DNA of 64,000 bases. Origin: Thermoanaerobaculia bacterium. Its GTDB lineage: Bacteria > Acidobacteriota > Thermoanaerobaculia > Multivoradales > Multivoraceae. The notes under the pieces are model-generated. The model saw only the letters and a list, made by a program, of their open reading frames with translations. It ran no database searches and was not told the origin of the DNA. This document shows positions 61,300 to 64,000 of the stretch, one piece after another; position 1 is the first letter of the stretch, and each line of letters starts with the position of its first letter. The stretch is taken from positions 3,904,001 through 3,968,000 of the forward strand of contig OY761158.1 of assembly GCA_963664405.1 (NCBI GenBank). The letters are read 5' to 3'. A program made the position numbers and the translations under genes.

Positions 61300-62297
61300 G
61301 CGCTGTCGGGCTCGTGGGGGCCGTTGTAGTCACCGAAAGCGAAGGGCAGCAGATGCTTCTTCCCGACTGCGCTCAGAGGCGGCATGCGACCGTTCGGAGG
61401 GTCGGTGAGAACGGAGTTGCGGTATTTACCGTCGACAGCAAAAGCCGTCGAGCCCAAGTCGAGAAAGACTTTGAAGGCTCCGCCTACATTAGTCCTCGAT
61501 CGACAAAACGGCTTCTGTTTTGTTGCCGTTCTCGTCGAGGACGAATCGCTCCTTGACTGCAGTCATGCCCCTAGGCCTCTGGGCGCCTCGCGCAAGGGCG
61601 CGGAACCCATGGTCAGCTCCGCCATGGCAGAATCAGGTGCTCTCGCTTAGGAGCTTTTCATGCACGGCATCTCGAGCACGGAGCCTCCCACTCAATCACC
61701 AGGGCATCGCGAGGATCCCGGGTGGCAAATTCCGCATGGGCTCCGAGGATTGCTACCTCGAGGAACGGCCCGCGCAGCCGCCACCCGGCTGGACACCCCG
61801 GTGTCGAGCCTCGACATCCTGCCGACCGCGCTCGCGGCGGCGGGGCAAAGCACCGGCCGACCTCGCCCTCGACGGTCACAATCTCCTGCCGCTGTTCGCG
61901 GATGGCTCGGTGCAGTACGATCGCTTCGTGTGGCGCAACTACCCGACCGTAGCGGTGCGACAGGGGGATATGAAGCTCATCAAGCCCAATCAGGACGAGG
62001 TCTTCTTGTCACCGAGGAATGAGGGACTTCCCCACCAAGGAAGATGTGCTCCTAACATTGTACGTCGAGCTCATGCAGCTGCGCTGCTTTTTGATAAAAT
62101 GGGTGGAGGTCTTCGACGCTCGACCCCGCGAGCGCTTCGTCGCTATCGCCGAGATCAACGCCATTCTCTTCCCTCACCCCTATAGCTTAGGGCTCATCGC
62201 CCTTGTAGCAAACGTCGCCGCTCGTGCCTCGGCGGAGGTGAAGCAGCGGATGACCGAGATCAGCGAGGACTTTCATCGCGTCAGGAGGGTGGTATAG
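61300..62297. pseudogene. Mosaic of gene debris
   Basis: Minus strand: third 1661-type paralogue (AFAVDGKYRNSVLTDPPNGR). Plus strand: FGE-like IPGGKFRMGS, sulfatase C-terminus PVSSLDILPT/LDGHNLLP, TetR-like FPTKEDVLL. Confidence 0.55.
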
Positions 62298-62302
62298 CGA
62301 CA

Positions 62303-64000
62303 ATGAACATGAAACACACTGTCCTGGCCTTGCTCGCGGTCGGCTGGGTCGCGACTGCAGCCTCGCCTCAACAGGGCGCGAAAGGTGGCGAATGGCGGGA
62401 GTTCGGCGGCGACAAGGGCTCGTCGAAGTACTCGCCCCTATCCCAGATCGACGCTTCGAACTTCTCCCAGCTGGAGGTGGCCTGGCGTTGGGAGTCAGCG
62501 GACCTGCTGGTCGATGAGAAATCTCCCTATCCGCGGCAGAAGTTCCGCTCGACCCCGTTGATGGTGAAGGGTGTCGTTTACGTACCCACCGAGCTGAGCC
62601 AGCTGGCAGCGCTCGACGCCGGCACTGGCGAGCAGCTCTGGCTCTACGACCCCAAGAGCTACGACCAGGGTAAACCGGCGCAGCCCAACTACTACACCCG
62701 TTCGGTGGTGTATTGGACCGACGGCGAGGCCGGCGAGGCCGGTGGAATCGAGCGCATCATCATGGCGACGATCGGTAGACAGCTGGTGTCGATCGACGCC
62801 GTGACCGGACGCCCCGATCCCACTTTCGGCGAGGGCGGCATCGTCGATCTGTCGCGAGACTTGGGCCGCGAAGGCATCGCCATCCGCAACATCAGTCACG
62901 GAGTGCCGGCCATTGTAGTCCGCGACACCATCGTCCTCGGCTCGAGAGTCTTCGACCTGCCCCCGCGCGACAACAGCCCGCCAGGGCATATCCGCGCCTA
63001 CGACGTGCGCACCGGCAAGCTCAAGTGGCGCTTCCACACCATCCCGCAGGAGGGCGAGGATTTCGTCGACGCCTGGGAGAACGAGTCGTGGAGAACGGCG
63101 GGGAACACCAATGCCTGGGCACCGCTCAGCGCCGACGAGGAGCTCGGCTATGTCTACGTCGGCACCTCGACCCCGACTAACGATTTCTACGGCGGCCACC
63201 GTCACGGCGACAACGTCTACGCCGAGAGCTTGATCTGCATCGATGTCAGCACCGGCAAGCGTGTCTGGCACTTTCAGACCGTGCACCACGGGATCTGGGA
63301 CTACGACATCGCCTCGGCGCCGAACCTGATCGATGTGGTTGTCGACGGCCGACTGGTCAAGGCCGTGGCGCAGGTGTCGAAGACGGCTTTTACCTATGTC
63401 TTCGACCGCGTCACCGGGGAGCCGCTGTGGCCGATCGAAGAGCGGCCGGTGAACAACAACTCGCCGGTTCCGGGCGAGCGACTCTCGCCGACTCAGCCCT
63501 TTCCGACCAAGCCGCCGGCCTTCGACCGCCAGGGCTTGGTTGTCGACGATCTGATCGACTTCACTGGCGAGCTACGACAGGAGGCCCTCGAGATCGCGAA
63601 AGGATACGTCATGGGGCCGATGTTCCCGCCTGTGATCGTCAGCGGCGAGGGGGGCAAGGACGCGGCGATCGTTCTGCCCAGCGCCGGCGGCGGAGCGAAC
63701 CACGCGGGTGCCTCGATCGACCCCGCGACCGGGATTCTCTACGTCCCGTCATCGACGAGAGTGTCTGCAATGGCGGTGGTGAAGCCAGACCCGGCGCGAT
63801 CCGATTGGCGATATGTCCTCGATTCTTTTCGCGGCGTCGAAGGACCCCAGGGGCTGCCGCTCGTCAAGCCTCCCTACGGGCGCATCACCGCGATCGATCT
63901 TGGGACCGGCCAGCACGCCTGGCAGATTCCGTTCGGCGACGGCCCGACCCGCCACCCTGCGATCAAGCACCTCGACCTCGGCCCGCTGGGCAACTCGCGG
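62303..64000 (+). CDS. PQQ-dependent dehydrogenase (glucose/quinate family), runs off window
   Basis: Signal peptide; EWREFGGD..KYSPLSQID, STPLMV, WHFQTVHHGIWDYD, WPIEERPV, KPPYGRITAIDL motifs. Confidence 0.9.
   Translation, partial: MNMKHTVLALLAVGWVATAASPQQGAKGGEWREFGGDKGSSKYSPLSQIDASNFSQLEVAWRWESADLLVDEKSPYPRQKFRSTPLMVKGVVYVPTELSQLAALDAGTGEQLWLYDPKSYDQGKPAQPNYYTRSVVYWTDGEAGEAGGIERIIMATIGRQLVSIDAVTGRPDPTFGEGGIVDLSRDLGREGIAIRNISHGVPAIVVRDTIVLGSRVFDLPPRDNSPPGHIRAYDVRTGKLKWRFHTIPQEGEDFVDAWENESWRTAGNTNAWAPLSADEELGYVYVGTSTPTNDFYGGHRHGDNVYAESLICIDVSTGKRVWHFQTVHHGIWDYDIASAPNLIDVVVDGRLVKAVAQVSKTAFTYVFDRVTGEPLWPIEERPVNNNSPVPGERLSPTQPFPTKPPAFDRQGLVVDDLIDFTGELRQEALEIAKGYVMGPMFPPVIVSGEGGKDAAIVLPSAGGGANHAGASIDPATGILYVPSSTRVSAMAVVKPDPARSDWRYVLDSFRGVEGPQGLPLVKPPYGRITAIDLGTGQHAWQIPFGDGPTRHPAIKHLDLGPLGNSR

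Overview
GC-rich bacterial DNA, probably Acidobacteriota (inferred from an ADOP-permease remnant, Ser/Thr kinase–TolB propeller fusions and a CarboxypepD_reg TonB receptor). The left 40 kb holds an MBOAT gene and a divergent RND/ABC exporter locus with an RND–ABC-ATPase fusion and a permease–M1-like–golvesin protein. It also holds a predicted D-arabinan/D-arabinose utilisation operon (GH172, GH116, isomerase, FGGY kinase, ribokinase, sugar ABC, sulfatase), a MazF-type toxin–antitoxin pair, IS1182 and CTAG-flanked MITEs. A MerR-controlled metal operon ends in a secreted HMA protein whose CxxC codons are both TGA, making it a candidate UxxU selenoprotein with two SECIS-like hairpins. A 3' tRNA-Ala(GGC) fragment at 40488-40536 marks an att-like boundary. 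To its right, the gene modules (kinases, GNAT, two DUF3604 copies, TA, TonB receptor) are separated by seven co-oriented elements built from paired TGTCG-N17-CGACA palindromes, five with a fixed 66-bp period. Homology breakpoints fall at the palindrome centres, which suggests an undescribed integron/pdif-like cassette array; no recombinase is visible in the window. Several single-base frameshifts in short homopolymers may be assembly errors. All family calls come from reading motifs by eye; no searches were run.
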